Assembly (NCBI GenBank): GCA_963847445.1
Contig: CAWJZV010000004.1
Coordinates: 192,001 to 256,000, forward strand
Length of the DNA: 64,000 nt
DNA from: an uncultured delta proteobacterium
GTDB lineage: Bacteria; Desulfobacterota; Binatia; UBA9968
Reading direction: 5' to 3'
A program made the position numbers and the translations under genes. Below, piece by piece: positions 22,328 to 32,181 of this stretch. Below the pieces are notes generated by a model. That model was not told where the DNA came from. It saw nothing but the letters and a program-made list of their open reading frames with translations, and did not search any database. Numbering within the stretch: position 1 is the first letter of the stretch; every line of letters begins with the position of its first letter.

Positions 22328-22431
22328 GGTTCAAATCGTTCAAGCAGTTCAAGTCGTTCAAAACGTCAGAAGTTCGGAGGCTTTCATCCGAGGCATTCTA
22401 CGGCTTGAACGATTTGAACGTTTTGAACGGT
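22328..22431. repeat. Inverted tandem 9-mer repeats (GTTCAAnnc)4 ... (TTGAACgnt)3
   Basis: GGTTCAAATCGTTCAAGCAGTTCAAGTCGTTCAA ... TTGAACGATTTGAACGTTTTGAACGG between convergent genes. Confidence 0.8.
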
Positions 22432-22432
22432 T

Positions 22433-22888
22433 CTACAATTTCGCTCGCGAAGCTTCGAGCACCTGATGCATCGGCTCGATATCGATGACTAATGCCGAGA
22501 GCTGTAATTTCTCGTCGCGCAGTGATTCCGGCACCTGACCCATCACGTCCGCTTCGAGCACATGATAAACGGGAATCTTGAGCGCCACGCCGGCCAGCGG
22601 CCCGGCGAAACTTGGATCGCCCTCGGTTACCGTCTCGGCGAATACTTCGACGCCGTTAGCCTCGCCGTTGCCCAACACCACGGTCAAATTTTCCGGACCA
22701 TACTGGTCCGCCAGGCGCTTGATGACTCCTTGGTTCTCGAAGTTCATCGCGCCCGCGGCGGTTCAAACAAAGCACTCAGTAGCCTGAAAAACCACCTCGT
22801 AGCCCGCGCCTTCGAGACACTCGGCGATGACCGGGCCGGTGACACCATCCCGTTCGCCGATGGCGATGATCTTTTTACCCTTTTGCAT
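22433..22888 (-). CDS. grdA: Glycine/sarcosine/betaine reductase selenoprotein A; UGA at 22763-22765 read as Sec
   Basis: Two ORF-track fragments are in frame across a single TGA: [15 protein letters not shown]...TECFV-U-TAAGAM...[28 protein letters not shown]. Confidence 0.93.
22707..22760 (-). promoter_or_regulatory. Putative bacterial SECIS hairpin of grdA
   Basis: mRNA after the UGA reads GGGCGC-GATGA-A-CTTC-[GAGAACCAA]-GGAG-TCATC-AA-GCGCCT; the loop starts with G about 24 nt after the UGA. Confidence 0.65.
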
Positions 22889-22917
22889 GCGACCTCCACT
22901 AGATACTACCGTTGAAG

Positions 22918-23075
22918 AAAAATTCGAAATCCGAAGCACTAAATCCGAAACAAATTCAATCACCAAAAACACAATGTTCCAAACAAATTCAATTCGGATT
23001 CAGCGTTTTGGATTTTCTTCGGTTTTGGGTTTATTTTGCTACGGTTTGTTTCGGATTTCGTGCTTCGGATTTTGT
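22918..23075. repeat. Inverted heptamer-type repeats (AAATCCGAA...TTCGGATTT)
   Basis: AAATTCGAAATCCGAAGCACTAAATCCGAAACAAA pairs with TTTGTTTCGGATTTCGTGCTTCGGATTT. Confidence 0.8.
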
Positions 23076-23086
23076 TTTTCCCCTGG

Positions 23087-24513
23087 TTAGTCTTCATTCC
23101 GATCGACCAGAAACGAGCAGCCATCCGACAGCTGCGTCATGCGGCCGAGAAACAAACTACCTTTGGCCATGAGCAGCGCGTTGCGAATCGCGCCGCTCTC
23201 GAGCGCCGCCTTGGCATGACCCAAGTAAACGATAGCCGACGGAATATGACCCTGGGTCGGGGCGTAGCCTAGCATGCCGCGGCTGCGGACGAAATCCTCC
23301 ATCTGGTTCTTTTGAATCTGCCCGCGCATCACCGCCAAAGCGGCGAGGGTTAGATAATTCGTCCGCGGCACATCGCCGCTGCCGGAGGGAGCGGTGATTT
23401 CCGGGTTATGCAGCTCGACGCCGTAGCGGTCGACATCGGTCAGCTTCATGCCGAGCTTGGCTAAGGCTTTCTCGGCCAACTCCTCGGCCATCGCTTGCGC
23501 CGAACCGCCGGCGCGCACCGGATGAAACGCCGCGGAGTCCAGCCGCATGCAGACCTGCCCCGGTTTCGCCGCGCTGAGAATCGCCGCGAAACTGCCAAGC
23601 ATGTCTTCGAGCACCGGCATATTTTTTTTCAAATGGGACTCGAACTTCATGCCGAGCTTGGCCAACGACCCGCCGGCGACCACCGCGACCCGTTTCGCGA
23701 CGCCGGCTTGTATCATGCTCGCGCCCTGTACCATCGCATACATCGGACCGGCGCAGAACGCTTTGACATCGCAGCCCGAGGCGTTGCCGCAGCCGACGTC
23801 CTCGGCGATCGCCTTGGCCAGGTTGCCGCCGCCGCGATTGTAACGGTCGCCCACCGCTTCTTCGGAACAGCTGATGACGAAATCGATGTCATCGGGCTTG
23901 AGCGCCAAGCTGCGCTAACACCAGGCGCAACGCGTGGGCCGCGGAAACTTTACCGGATAAATTCTCCAATAAGACTTCGGCGGCCAGACTGGCGTCTTCT
24001 TCGTGAGCCGCCTCAAAGGCGCCGACGAGTTGGGACTCCGAATAAAGCGGCAGCGCGCCTTTGTCGCAGAGCTGTTGAAGTTCGCCCAGCGGCTTGAAGC
24101 GCGCCGCCCGGCCGATCGAATGTTTCGCCGCATGAGCTTGAAACCATTTCTCTTCGAACGAAATCAAATCGAACCGATCCGCGCCGGCGAGCAAAGCATA
24201 AAACTTCGCCTGATCGACCAGATCGCCAAAACGCCCCTGCGCCGTCGCCCCTTCGATCAGTTTCTCAAACCAAGGCTGCGGCAGATCGCGCAGTTTTTCC
24301 GGGCCGATGTTGCCAATGTAAACTTGATGCGGCGCGTAAGCCGTCGCCGCGGGAAAATCACGCAGGAGCCTGGCCAGATCGGCGGCCAGCGCTGGATTAC
24401 CACGCAACTCGCGAATCGGCTTCGAGCCAAAGCGCACCAGATCCGGCACATGGGCCAAGCGAATAGGAAACGCCCTCGATACCGACGCGATTAGGTCTTG
24501 TAAATTCTGCCAT
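23087..24513 (-). CDS. grdC: Glycine/sarcosine/betaine reductase component C beta subunit, two frameshifts (about 24455 and 23905)
   Basis: HVPDLVRFGSKP, LLENLSGK, CSEEAVGDRYNRGGGNLAKA, FCAGP, ELHNPEIT..GSGDVP, GYAPTQGHIPSA and KGSLFLGRMT motifs. Confidence 0.9.
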
Positions 24514-24542
24514 TCGATTAATCCAAAATGATACGCCTTTTA

Positions 24543-24803
24543 TTACTTGGCTTTGAGAGGAAACCTTGCTGGGTGAGCAATAATTTCTTCGCTCAAATCG
24601 ACGTCGAGATCCGGCCAATAGAAATGACCCGGTCTCGGCTCTTCCACGTTCAGTATTTTCCCCACCGGCACATCTCTAAACCATGGAAAATCTTCATAGG
24701 ACATGAACAATTCGCGGTCGCCAGCCAACAGCCAAATGCCATGACTTGAAATATGCGTAACTTCAATCGGGGAAGTATTCTTCCCAAGCGGGCCTACGCT
24801 CAT
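24543..24803 (-). CDS. DUF2442 family protein (putative antitoxin)
   Basis: EVTHISSHGIWL...FPWF...YWPDLDVDL pattern. Confidence 0.75.
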   Translation of the reverse strand: MSVGPLGKNTSPIEVTHISSHGIWLLAGDRELFMSYEDFPWFRDVPVGKILNVEEPRPGHFYWPDLDVDLSEEIIAHPARFPLKAK

Positions 24804-24875
24804 TATATGTATCTCTCAATGAATTGTCTCTCAATCCAAAATCTTAGTTTTGCCTTTTTAATTTTTACTTTTGCC

Positions 24876-25928
24876 TTATCTTATGACCCTATCCGCCCGC
24901 GCCAGCACATTCGGCGGCACCGTCACGCCGATCTGCTTGGCGGCTTTCAAATTGACGACGAACTCAAACTTCGTCGGCTGCTCGACTGGAATGTCGGCGG
25001 GCTTGGTGCCTTTCAAGATCTTGTCGACAAAGTCAGCGGCGCGCCGGAATAAGTCCGCATTGTTCGGCGCGTAGCTCATCAAGCCGCCGGCCTCGACAAA
25101 CTCAGTGTATGCGTACATCGCCGGCAAACGGTTCTTTGCCACGAATTCCAACACTTGGCGGTGCTGAGTATTGATAAGTGCACCTGTGGTCGTAATGAGC
25201 GCCTGGGCGCCGTCCCTTTTCGCCCGCGCGAATGCGCTGTCAAAATCGTCAAGGCTTCGCACCGAAAGCGATAGAAGTTTGAGTCCCAACGCCTTGGCCA
25301 CAGCCTCCATGTCTGTGAGGGGCAGGTTTCCCATCGTGCCACCCGATCCTCGCCATAGGAAGGCCACCCGGACAACCTTAGGGAAGGCTTCCTTGAGCAG
25401 CTCCAACCGTTTGCCATCTAGATCCGTCACCATTAGGCTAAGTCCGGTGATATTCCCTCCTGGTCGCGCCAAGCTGGCGACAATCCCAGTTCCTACTGGA
25501 TCGTTCGTACCGCCGAACACGATGGGAATTGTCGCGCTCGCCTTCTTAGCAGCTAAAACAGATTGGACTCCGGTGGTGACGATGACGTCAACTTTGAGAC
25601 GGACCAGTTCGGCTGCAAGGTCAGGCAACCGTTCGAGTTTCCCTTCTGCATATCGGTACTCAATGAAAATGTTTTTCCCTTCGACATAGCCAAGCTCGCG
25701 CAGCCGTTGGCGAAATGCCTCGATCCGGGCCGAAATGAAGGACGCGGAGGGCGGGGCCAGAATTCCTATCCGGGGAATTCCCGCCGGCTGCTGTGCCTCT
25801 ACCACCACCCCGCACATCACGAGCGTGAGGGCGATGATGACAGTCCCACCCCATTTTGGATTTTTGATTTTGGATTTCGGATTGTCGGGGGAAGAAACCC
25901 ACCATCGCATCCAATGCTTATTGCTCAT
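24876..25928 (-). CDS. COG2984/ABC_sub_bind-type solute-binding protein, array copy 1
   Basis: LRELGYVEGKN, LARPGGNITG, GGLMSY, PVEQPTKFE and LARADRVI motifs. Confidence 0.9.
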   Translation of the reverse strand: MSNKHWMRWWVSSPDNPKSKIKNPKWGGTVIIALTLVMCGVVVEAQQPAGIPRIGILAPPSASFISARIEAFRQRLRELGYVEGKNIFIEYRYAEGKLERLPDLAAELVRLKVDVIVTTGVQSVLAAKKASATIPIVFGGTNDPVGTGIVASLARPGGNITGLSLMVTDLDGKRLELLKEAFPKVVRVAFLWRGSGGTMGNLPLTDMEAVAKALGLKLLSLSVRSLDDFDSAFARAKRDGAQALITTTGALINTQHRQVLEFVAKNRLPAMYAYTEFVEAGGLMSYAPNNADLFRRAADFVDKILKGTKPADIPVEQPTKFEFVVNLKAAKQIGVTVPPNVLARADRVIR

Positions 25929-25970
25929 GTTCTTTTCCCCAATCCAAAATCGAAAATCCAAAGTCCAAAA

Positions 25971-27020
25971 TTATTTTAAGACGCGGTCCGCCCGCGCCAG
26001 CACATTCGGCGGAACCGTCACGCCGATCTGCTTGGCGGCTTTTAGATTGACGACGAACTCGAACTTCGTCGGCTGCTCGACGGGAATGTCGCCGGGCTTT
26101 GTGCCCTTCAATATCTTGTCGACAAAGTCAGCGGCGCGCCGCCATTGGTCCGTTTGGCTTGGCGCGTAGCTCATCAAGCCGCCAGCCTCAACCCACTCAC
26201 TCGTTGGGTACATCGCCGGCAACCGATTCTTTGCCGCGAAGTCCAACACTTGGCGTTGCTGAGTAGTGATAAGTCCACCTACGGCCGTAATGAGCGCCTG
26301 GACGCCTTCCCTTTTCGCTCGTGCAAATGCGCTCTCAAAATCGTCCAGGCTTCGCACCTCCAGCGATAGAAGTTTGAGTCGCAACGCCTTGGCCGCAGCT
26401 TCCATGTCTGTAAGGGTTAAGTTTCCTCTCGCACCACCCGACCCCCCCCAGAGGAAGGCCACCCGGGCAATCTTAGGGAAGGCTTCCTTGAGCAGCTCCA
26501 ACCGCTTGCCATCTAGATCTGGCGCCATCACGCTAAGTCCGGTGATATTCCCTCCTGGTCGCGCCAGGCTGGAAACGAACCCACTTCCTACTGGATCGGA
26601 AGCAAGAGCGAATACGATGGGAATCGTCGCGCTCGCTTTCTTAGCAGCTAAAACAGCCGAGCTGACGGTGACGATAACATCAACTTTGAGACCGACCAGT
26701 TCGGCTGCAAGGGCAGGCAGCCGTTCGAGTTTCCCCTCTGCATATCGGTACTCAATGACAATGTTTTTCCCTTGGACATAGCCAAGCTCGCGCAGCCGTT
26801 GGCGAAATGCTTCGAGCCGGGCCGAAATGTTGGACGCGGAGGTCGTGATCAGAATTCCTATCTGGGGAATTCCCGCCGGCTGCTGCGCCTCGACCACCAC
26901 CCCGCACATCGCGAGCGTGAGGGCGATGACGACAGTCCCACCCCATTTTGGATTTTTGATTTTGGATTTTGGATTGTCGGAAGAAGAAACCCACCATCGC
27001 ATCCAATGCTTTTTGCTCAT
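25971..27020 (-). CDS. COG2984-type solute-binding protein, array copy 2
   Basis: Intact close paralog of copy 1. Confidence 0.9.
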   Translation of the reverse strand: MSKKHWMRWWVSSSDNPKSKIKNPKWGGTVVIALTLAMCGVVVEAQQPAGIPQIGILITTSASNISARLEAFRQRLRELGYVQGKNIVIEYRYAEGKLERLPALAAELVGLKVDVIVTVSSAVLAAKKASATIPIVFALASDPVGSGFVSSLARPGGNITGLSVMAPDLDGKRLELLKEAFPKIARVAFLWGGSGGARGNLTLTDMEAAAKALRLKLLSLEVRSLDDFESAFARAKREGVQALITAVGGLITTQQRQVLDFAAKNRLPAMYPTSEWVEAGGLMSYAPSQTDQWRRAADFVDKILKGTKPGDIPVEQPTKFEFVVNLKAAKQIGVTVPPNVLARADRVLK

Positions 27021-27062
27021 GTTCTTTTCCCCAATCCAAAATCGAAAATCTAAAATCCAAAA

Positions 27063-28116
27063 TTATTTTAAGACTCGATCCGCCCGCGCCAGCACATTCG
27101 GCGGAACCGTCACGCCGATCTGCTTCGGCGATCTTCAGGTTGATCGACGAACTCAAACTTCGTCGGCTGCTCGACGGGAATGTCGGCGGGCTTGGTGCCT
27201 TTCAAGATCTTGTCGACAAAGTCAGCGGCGCGCCGCCATAAGTCCGCATAGTTCGGCGCGTAGCTCATCAAGCCGCCGGCCTCAACAAACTCACTCGTCT
27301 GGGTACATCGCCGGCAACCGGTTCTTTGCCGCGAAGTCCAACACTTGACGTTGCTGAGTAGTGATAAGTGGACCTGGGGTCGTAATGAGCGCCTGGGCGC
27401 GTTCCCTTTTCGCTCGCGCGAATGCGCTCTCAAAATCGTCAAGGCTTCGCACCTCAAGCGATTGAAGTTTGACTCCCAACGCCTTGGCCGCAGCCTCCAT
27501 GTCTGTGAGAGCTCAGGTTTCCCCTCGTACCACCCGATTCCCAGAGGAACGCCACGCGGGCAACCTTGGGGAAGGCTTCCTTGAGCAGTTCCAACCGTTT
27601 GCCATCTAGATCCGGCGCCATGATGGCAAAGTCCGGTGATATTCCCGCCTGGTCGCGCCAGGCTGGAGACAAGCCCAGCTCCTACTGGATCGGCAGCAGA
27701 GCCGAATACGATGGGAATTGTCGCGCTCGCCTTTTTAGCAGCTAAAATAGCCCGGGCCGGTGGCGACGATGACGTCAACTTTGAGACGGACCAGCTCGGC
27801 TGCAAGGTCAGGCAGCCGTTCGGGTTTCCCTTCTGCGTATCGGTACTCAATGAAAATGTTTTTCCCTTCGACGTAGCCAAGCTCGCGCAGCCGTTGGCGA
27901 AATGCTTCGACCCGGGCCGAAATGACGGACGCGGAGAACGGGATCAGAATTCCTATCCGGGGAATTCTCGCCGGCTGCTGCGCCTCGGCCACAACCCCGC
28001 ACATTGCGAGTGCGAGCACGAGGGCGACAGAGCCCCACCGATTTTGGATTTTGGATTTTCGATTTTGGATTGTCGGATCGAAGCCAGCGAATTGCAGTCC
28101 AAAATTTCTTTGTCAT
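27063..28116 (-). CDS. COG2984-type solute-binding protein, array copy 3 (several frameshifts)
   Basis: Fragments in different frames align to copies 1 and 2. Confidence 0.82.
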
Positions 28117-29231
28117 GTCCTAGTCCTCCAATCCAAAATCCAAAAGCGGCCCCGCGGACGCAAATCCAAAATCAGTATTCTAATGACCCGATCCGCCCGC
28201 GCCAGCACATTCGGCGGGAATCGTCAGGCCGATCTGCTTGGCGGCTTTCAGATTGATGACGAACTCGAACTTCGTCGGCTGCTCGACGGGAATGTCGCCG
28301 GGCTTTGTGCCCTTCAAGATTTTGTCGACAAAGTCAGCGGCGCGCCGGAATAAGTCCGCATAGCTCGGCGCGTAGCTCATCAAGCCGCCGGCCTCAACCA
28401 ACTCACTCGTTGGGTACATCGCCGGCAACCGGTTCTTGGCCGCGAAGTCCAACACTTGGCGTTGCTGAGTAGTGATAAGTGGACCTGGTGGTCGTAATGA
28501 GCGCCTGGGCGCCGTCCCTTTTCGCTCGCGCGAATGCGCCCTCAAAATCGTCAAGGCTTCGCACCTCAAGCGATTGAAGTTTGACTCCCAACGCCTTGGC
28601 CGCAGCCTCCATTTCTGTGAGAACCAGGTTTCCCCTCGGACCACTCGATCTGGCCAGAGGAAGGCCACCCGGGCAACCTTGGGGAAGGCTTCCTTGAGCA
28701 GTTCCAATCGTTTGCCATCTAGATCTGGCGACATGACGCTAAGTCCGGTGATATTCCCGCCTGGTCGTGCCAGGCTGGAAACAAACCCAGTTCCTACTGG
28801 ATCGCCAGAAGAGGCGAATACGATGGGAATTGTCGCGCTCGCCTTCTTGGCAGCTAAAGCAGCGCGGCCGGTGGTGACGATGACGTCAACTTTGAGACGG
28901 ACCAGCTCGGCTGCAAGGTCAGGCAGCCGTTCGCGTTTCCCTTCTGCGTATCGGTACTCAATGAGAATGTTTTTCCCTTCGACATAGCCAAGCTCGCGCA
29001 GCCGTTGGCGAAATGCTTCGACCCGGGCCGAAAAGAAGGACGCGGAGGCCGTGATCAGAATTCCTATCCGGGGAATTCTCGCCGGCTGCTGCGCCTCGAC
29101 CACACCCCGCAGATCGACGAACGTGATGACGAGAGTGACAAGCCCCACCGATTTTAGACTGCGAGGCCGATTTTGGATTTTGATTTTGGATTTCGGAACA
29201 AAGCCGCCATCGCATCCAATCTCTTTGTCAT
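28113..29231 (-). CDS. COG2984-type solute-binding protein, array copy 4 (several frameshifts)
   Basis: Fragments align to copies 1 and 2; exact ends uncertain. Confidence 0.8.
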
Positions 29232-29844
29232 GTTCTATTCCCAATCCAAAATGCCAGGTCAAAATCCAAAATGACTTGCCTTTCTAGCTCCGTGAAGCTG
29301 TGATGCTTCAAGAACACCTCAGCATCGCCGGCAGAGAAGAAGACCAATTTGACGGCATCGATCGATTTATCAACCGACAGAAACTGCTCGATGGTGCGCG
29401 ACGACACACCCGCTGCCTTATCCATCGGATAACCGTAAATCCCGGTGGAGATCGCCGGGAAAGCGATTGACTTGAGTCCATGCGTCAACGGCTAGACGTA
29501 ATGAATTGAAATAGCACGCCGCCAACAGTTCGGCCTTGTCCGACGCCACCGCTGCCGTAGACCGGACCGACGGTGTGAATCACATACTTCGCTGGCAATT
29601 TTCCACCTATGGTGATCACCGCCTCTCCGGTGGGCAATCCATCGGGATACTGTGTCCGGCGAATCTCCGCGCAAGCCGCTTTGATCTCCGGCCCGCCGGC
29701 GCGGTGAATCGCGCCGTCCACACCGCCGCCACCCATCAACGTGCCATTGGCCGCGTTGACGATGGCGTCGACCGCTTCTTTGGTGATGTCGCCGACATTG
29801 ATCGCGACCCGGCCAGCCAAGTAGGTTTTAAGCGCAGTCATCAT
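29228..29844 (-). CDS. Macro domain O-acetyl-ADP-ribose deacetylase (YmdB-like), frameshift near 29540
   Basis: [33 protein letters not shown] and [14 protein letters not shown] motifs. Confidence 0.9.
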
Positions 29845-29919
29845 CTCTCCCGCTTTATATTACTATCGCGCAAGTTTGCGAGCTTGGGCAAATCATGATT
29901 CGAAGCTCTCGATCGGAAT

Positions 29920-30060
29920 TCCTCCCGCAAGGCGCAAAGAGCCAAGTTCGGAATTGTTGTCATTTCGACCGGCGGGAGAAATCTTCAGATCCCTCGCGAT
30001 TGCTCGGGATGACGGGCATCGGTTCCACCTTTGCGCCTTAGCGCCTTTGCGGGAGAGATT
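29920..30060. repeat. Nested inverted repeats (CGCAAGGCGCAAAG family enclosing the TGTCATTTCG/GGATGAC family)
   Basis: CTCCCGCAAGGCGCAAAG...CTTTGCGCCTTAGCGCCTTTGCGGGAG with an inner TGTCATTTCGACC...CGGGATGAC. Confidence 0.7.
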
Positions 30061-30395
30061 CCGGTTTCGGTTGCACCTGTTCGCCAACAGGCGAAGCTCT
30101 TTTTCCCAGCGCAGTCTGGGGAAAACATGAGTTGCAATCTATTAGAATTTGCCACGCCTGCGCAAATTGTGTTGCCACCCGTCGCCGCTCCACCACCCCA
30201 GGGCGTATGACATACGCCACATTTCGGATCTCGTTTTGCGCCCTTTGCGTTCCTTGCGGCCATTCTTCCGAATCCGCATCTTCTCTCTGTGACCTCTGTC
30301 ACAGCGTCACACTGGTCAAGCGCGCGCGCTTGACTCCCGCGCCACAAACAAGCCAAAGTACCAGCCGATTCCAGCTCAACATCGCGAGGCTCTCG

Positions 30396-31362
30396 ATGAT
30401 CGTCAACTGTGTCGCCTATGAGAACGGACGGAGACTAACCAACATACCGGTGAGCGAGATTCATTCCTACATTTCTCACGCGGATTGTTTCGTCTGGGTG
30501 GCGCTCAACGACGCGACACCGGAAGAGCTCCAGGCGATGCAAGAGGAATTCGGCCTCCACGATCTCGCTCTGGAAGATGCCCAGCATGGCCATCAGCGGC
30601 CGAAGATTGAAGAATACGAAGACTCGCTGTTTGCCGTCTTGCAAATGATCGAACGCAGCGGTGACGAGTTGAATGTTGGCGAGGTCGGCATATTCGTCGG
30701 CACCAATTATGTTCTGTCGGTGCGCTCCGGCGCCGAACGCGGCTTTACCGATGTGCGCGCCCGCTGCGAGCGCGAGCCCGAACTATCTGCGCCATGGCTC
30801 GGGCTACGTCCTCTACGCTCTGATGGACGCGGTCGTCGACCGTTATTTTCCAATACTCGACGATCTCGAAACCGAGATTGAAAATATCGAAGACCGCATG
30901 TTCGCCAACCAGAACGCCAGGGATAACATCGAGGCGCTCTACGATTTGAAGCGCAAGTTGTTGACTCTCAAGCATGCCACCGAGCCGTTGCTCGAAGCCA
31001 CCAGCAAACTGTTCGGCGGCCGCGTGCCGCGGCTGGCGGTGGGACTGCAAGACTATTTCCGTGATGTTTACGATCATGTGCTGCGCGTGCACCAATCCGT
31101 CGACAGCCTGCGCGACATGATCACTACCGCCATCTCGGTGGCGATCTCGCTCATCACGATTCAAGAAAACGAAGTGACCAAGCGACTCGCCGGCTATGGC
31201 GCTTTGGTCACGGTGCCGACATTAATCGCAGGGATTTACGGCATGAACTTCCAGCACATGCCGGAACTTAGCTCGCCCTGGGGTTATCCGTTCACCGTCG
31301 CGGCAATGATCGCCATCGATCTCTTTTTGTTCTGGCGCTTCCGCAAAGCCAAGTGGATTTAG
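30396..31362 (+). CDS. corA: Magnesium/cobalt transporter CorA, frameshift near 30785
   Basis: MIVNCVAY, HQRPKIEEY and IYGMNF motifs. Confidence 0.9.
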
Positions 31363-31457
31363 CTCGCCGGCAACGAAATCGTTTGGATTCGATGGCGCAC
31401 GAGAGAGAGGGTCAGTCGCTCGCCAATGGCGCGAAGATTCGCCGCGAGCCATGAACT

Positions 31458-32165
31458 TTGGCAAAGTCGTATTCATTCCAAGGTAATCGTTTGGAACCGT
31501 TGAGCCGCACCGAACCAACTCCCGAGTTACAGGACACTGAACCGCGGTGGCCGGCTTTCGTAGCCGTGCTGGCGGCGGGCGGTCTCTATGCCGCATTACC
31601 CGAAGTCTTGACCATGGGCCCGCGTTGGCTCTTTCCATCGGTCGTTTTGGCGCTGCTGATTCCCAACATCGTTTCTCATCATACCGGCAGCCATCGGCTT
31701 AACACGCTCATCGGATTCACCGTCGACGCTGTGCTCACGGCCGGACTCATTATAGCCCTCGGACTCTTAGTCACTGCTCTGCCGACGAAGAAGGTAACGC
31801 CCATCGCGCTGCTGCTCGCGGCGGCATCCCTGTGGGTTACCAATATTCTAGTCTTTGCACTGTGGTATTGGCGGCTGGATGCCGGCGGGCCGCATCAACG
31901 GGACAAACGCGCGGTACACAGCGAAGGGGCGTTTCTCTTTCCGCAAATGACTATGAGCGAAGCTGCGTTGAGACAAACCGGCCAACGGCGCTGGTCGCCG
32001 AATTTCGTCGATTACTTGTTCTTGGCTTTCAACACCAACACGGCATTTTCGCCCACCGACGTGCCGGTGTTGGCGCGCTGGGCAAAAGTCCTGATGATGG
32101 TGCAATCGCTGCTGTCGCTGCTGATCATCGCGCTGTTAGCCGCGCGCGCCGTGAACATATTGTAA
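31458..32165 (+). CDS. DUF1345-like membrane protein
   Basis: EPRWPA, FALWYWRLDAGGP, FLFPQ and FVDYLFLAFNTNTAFSPTD motifs. Confidence 0.7.
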   Translation: MAKSYSFQGNRLEPLSRTEPTPELQDTEPRWPAFVAVLAAGGLYAALPEVLTMGPRWLFPSVVLALLIPNIVSHHTGSHRLNTLIGFTVDAVLTAGLIIALGLLVTALPTKKVTPIALLLAAASLWVTNILVFALWYWRLDAGGPHQRDKRAVHSEGAFLFPQMTMSEAALRQTGQRRWSPNFVDYLFLAFNTNTAFSPTDVPVLARWAKVLMMVQSLLSLLIIALLAARAVNIL

Positions 32166-32181
32166 GCGCGCGACCGTGGAT

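Larger units (their letters stand above)
25851..29272. repeat. Four inverted pairs of (AATCCAA)n heptamer tracts, one around the start of each array gene
   Basis: Arms at about 25851-25886/25937-25972, 26943-26977/27031-27063, 28041-28073/28129-28172 and 29151-29197/29241-29272. Confidence 0.85.

Noticed and set aside
23087-24513. Programmed frameshifting in grdC, pntA or lon
   Set aside because: No consistent slippery sites, and indels are widespread in unrelated genes, so error is more likely.
24753-28353. Recurring plus-strand ORFs (PIRPRQHIRR...ADLLGGFQIDDELKLRRLLD)
   Set aside because: They are antisense shadows of the conserved C-terminus of the SBP paralogs and recur only because the genes are duplicated.
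24876-29272. Array as a CRISPR, integron cassette array or DGR target
   Set aside because: Units are about 1.1-kb paralogous genes. No cas, integrase or reverse transcriptase is in the window, and I saw no attC boxes or template repeat.
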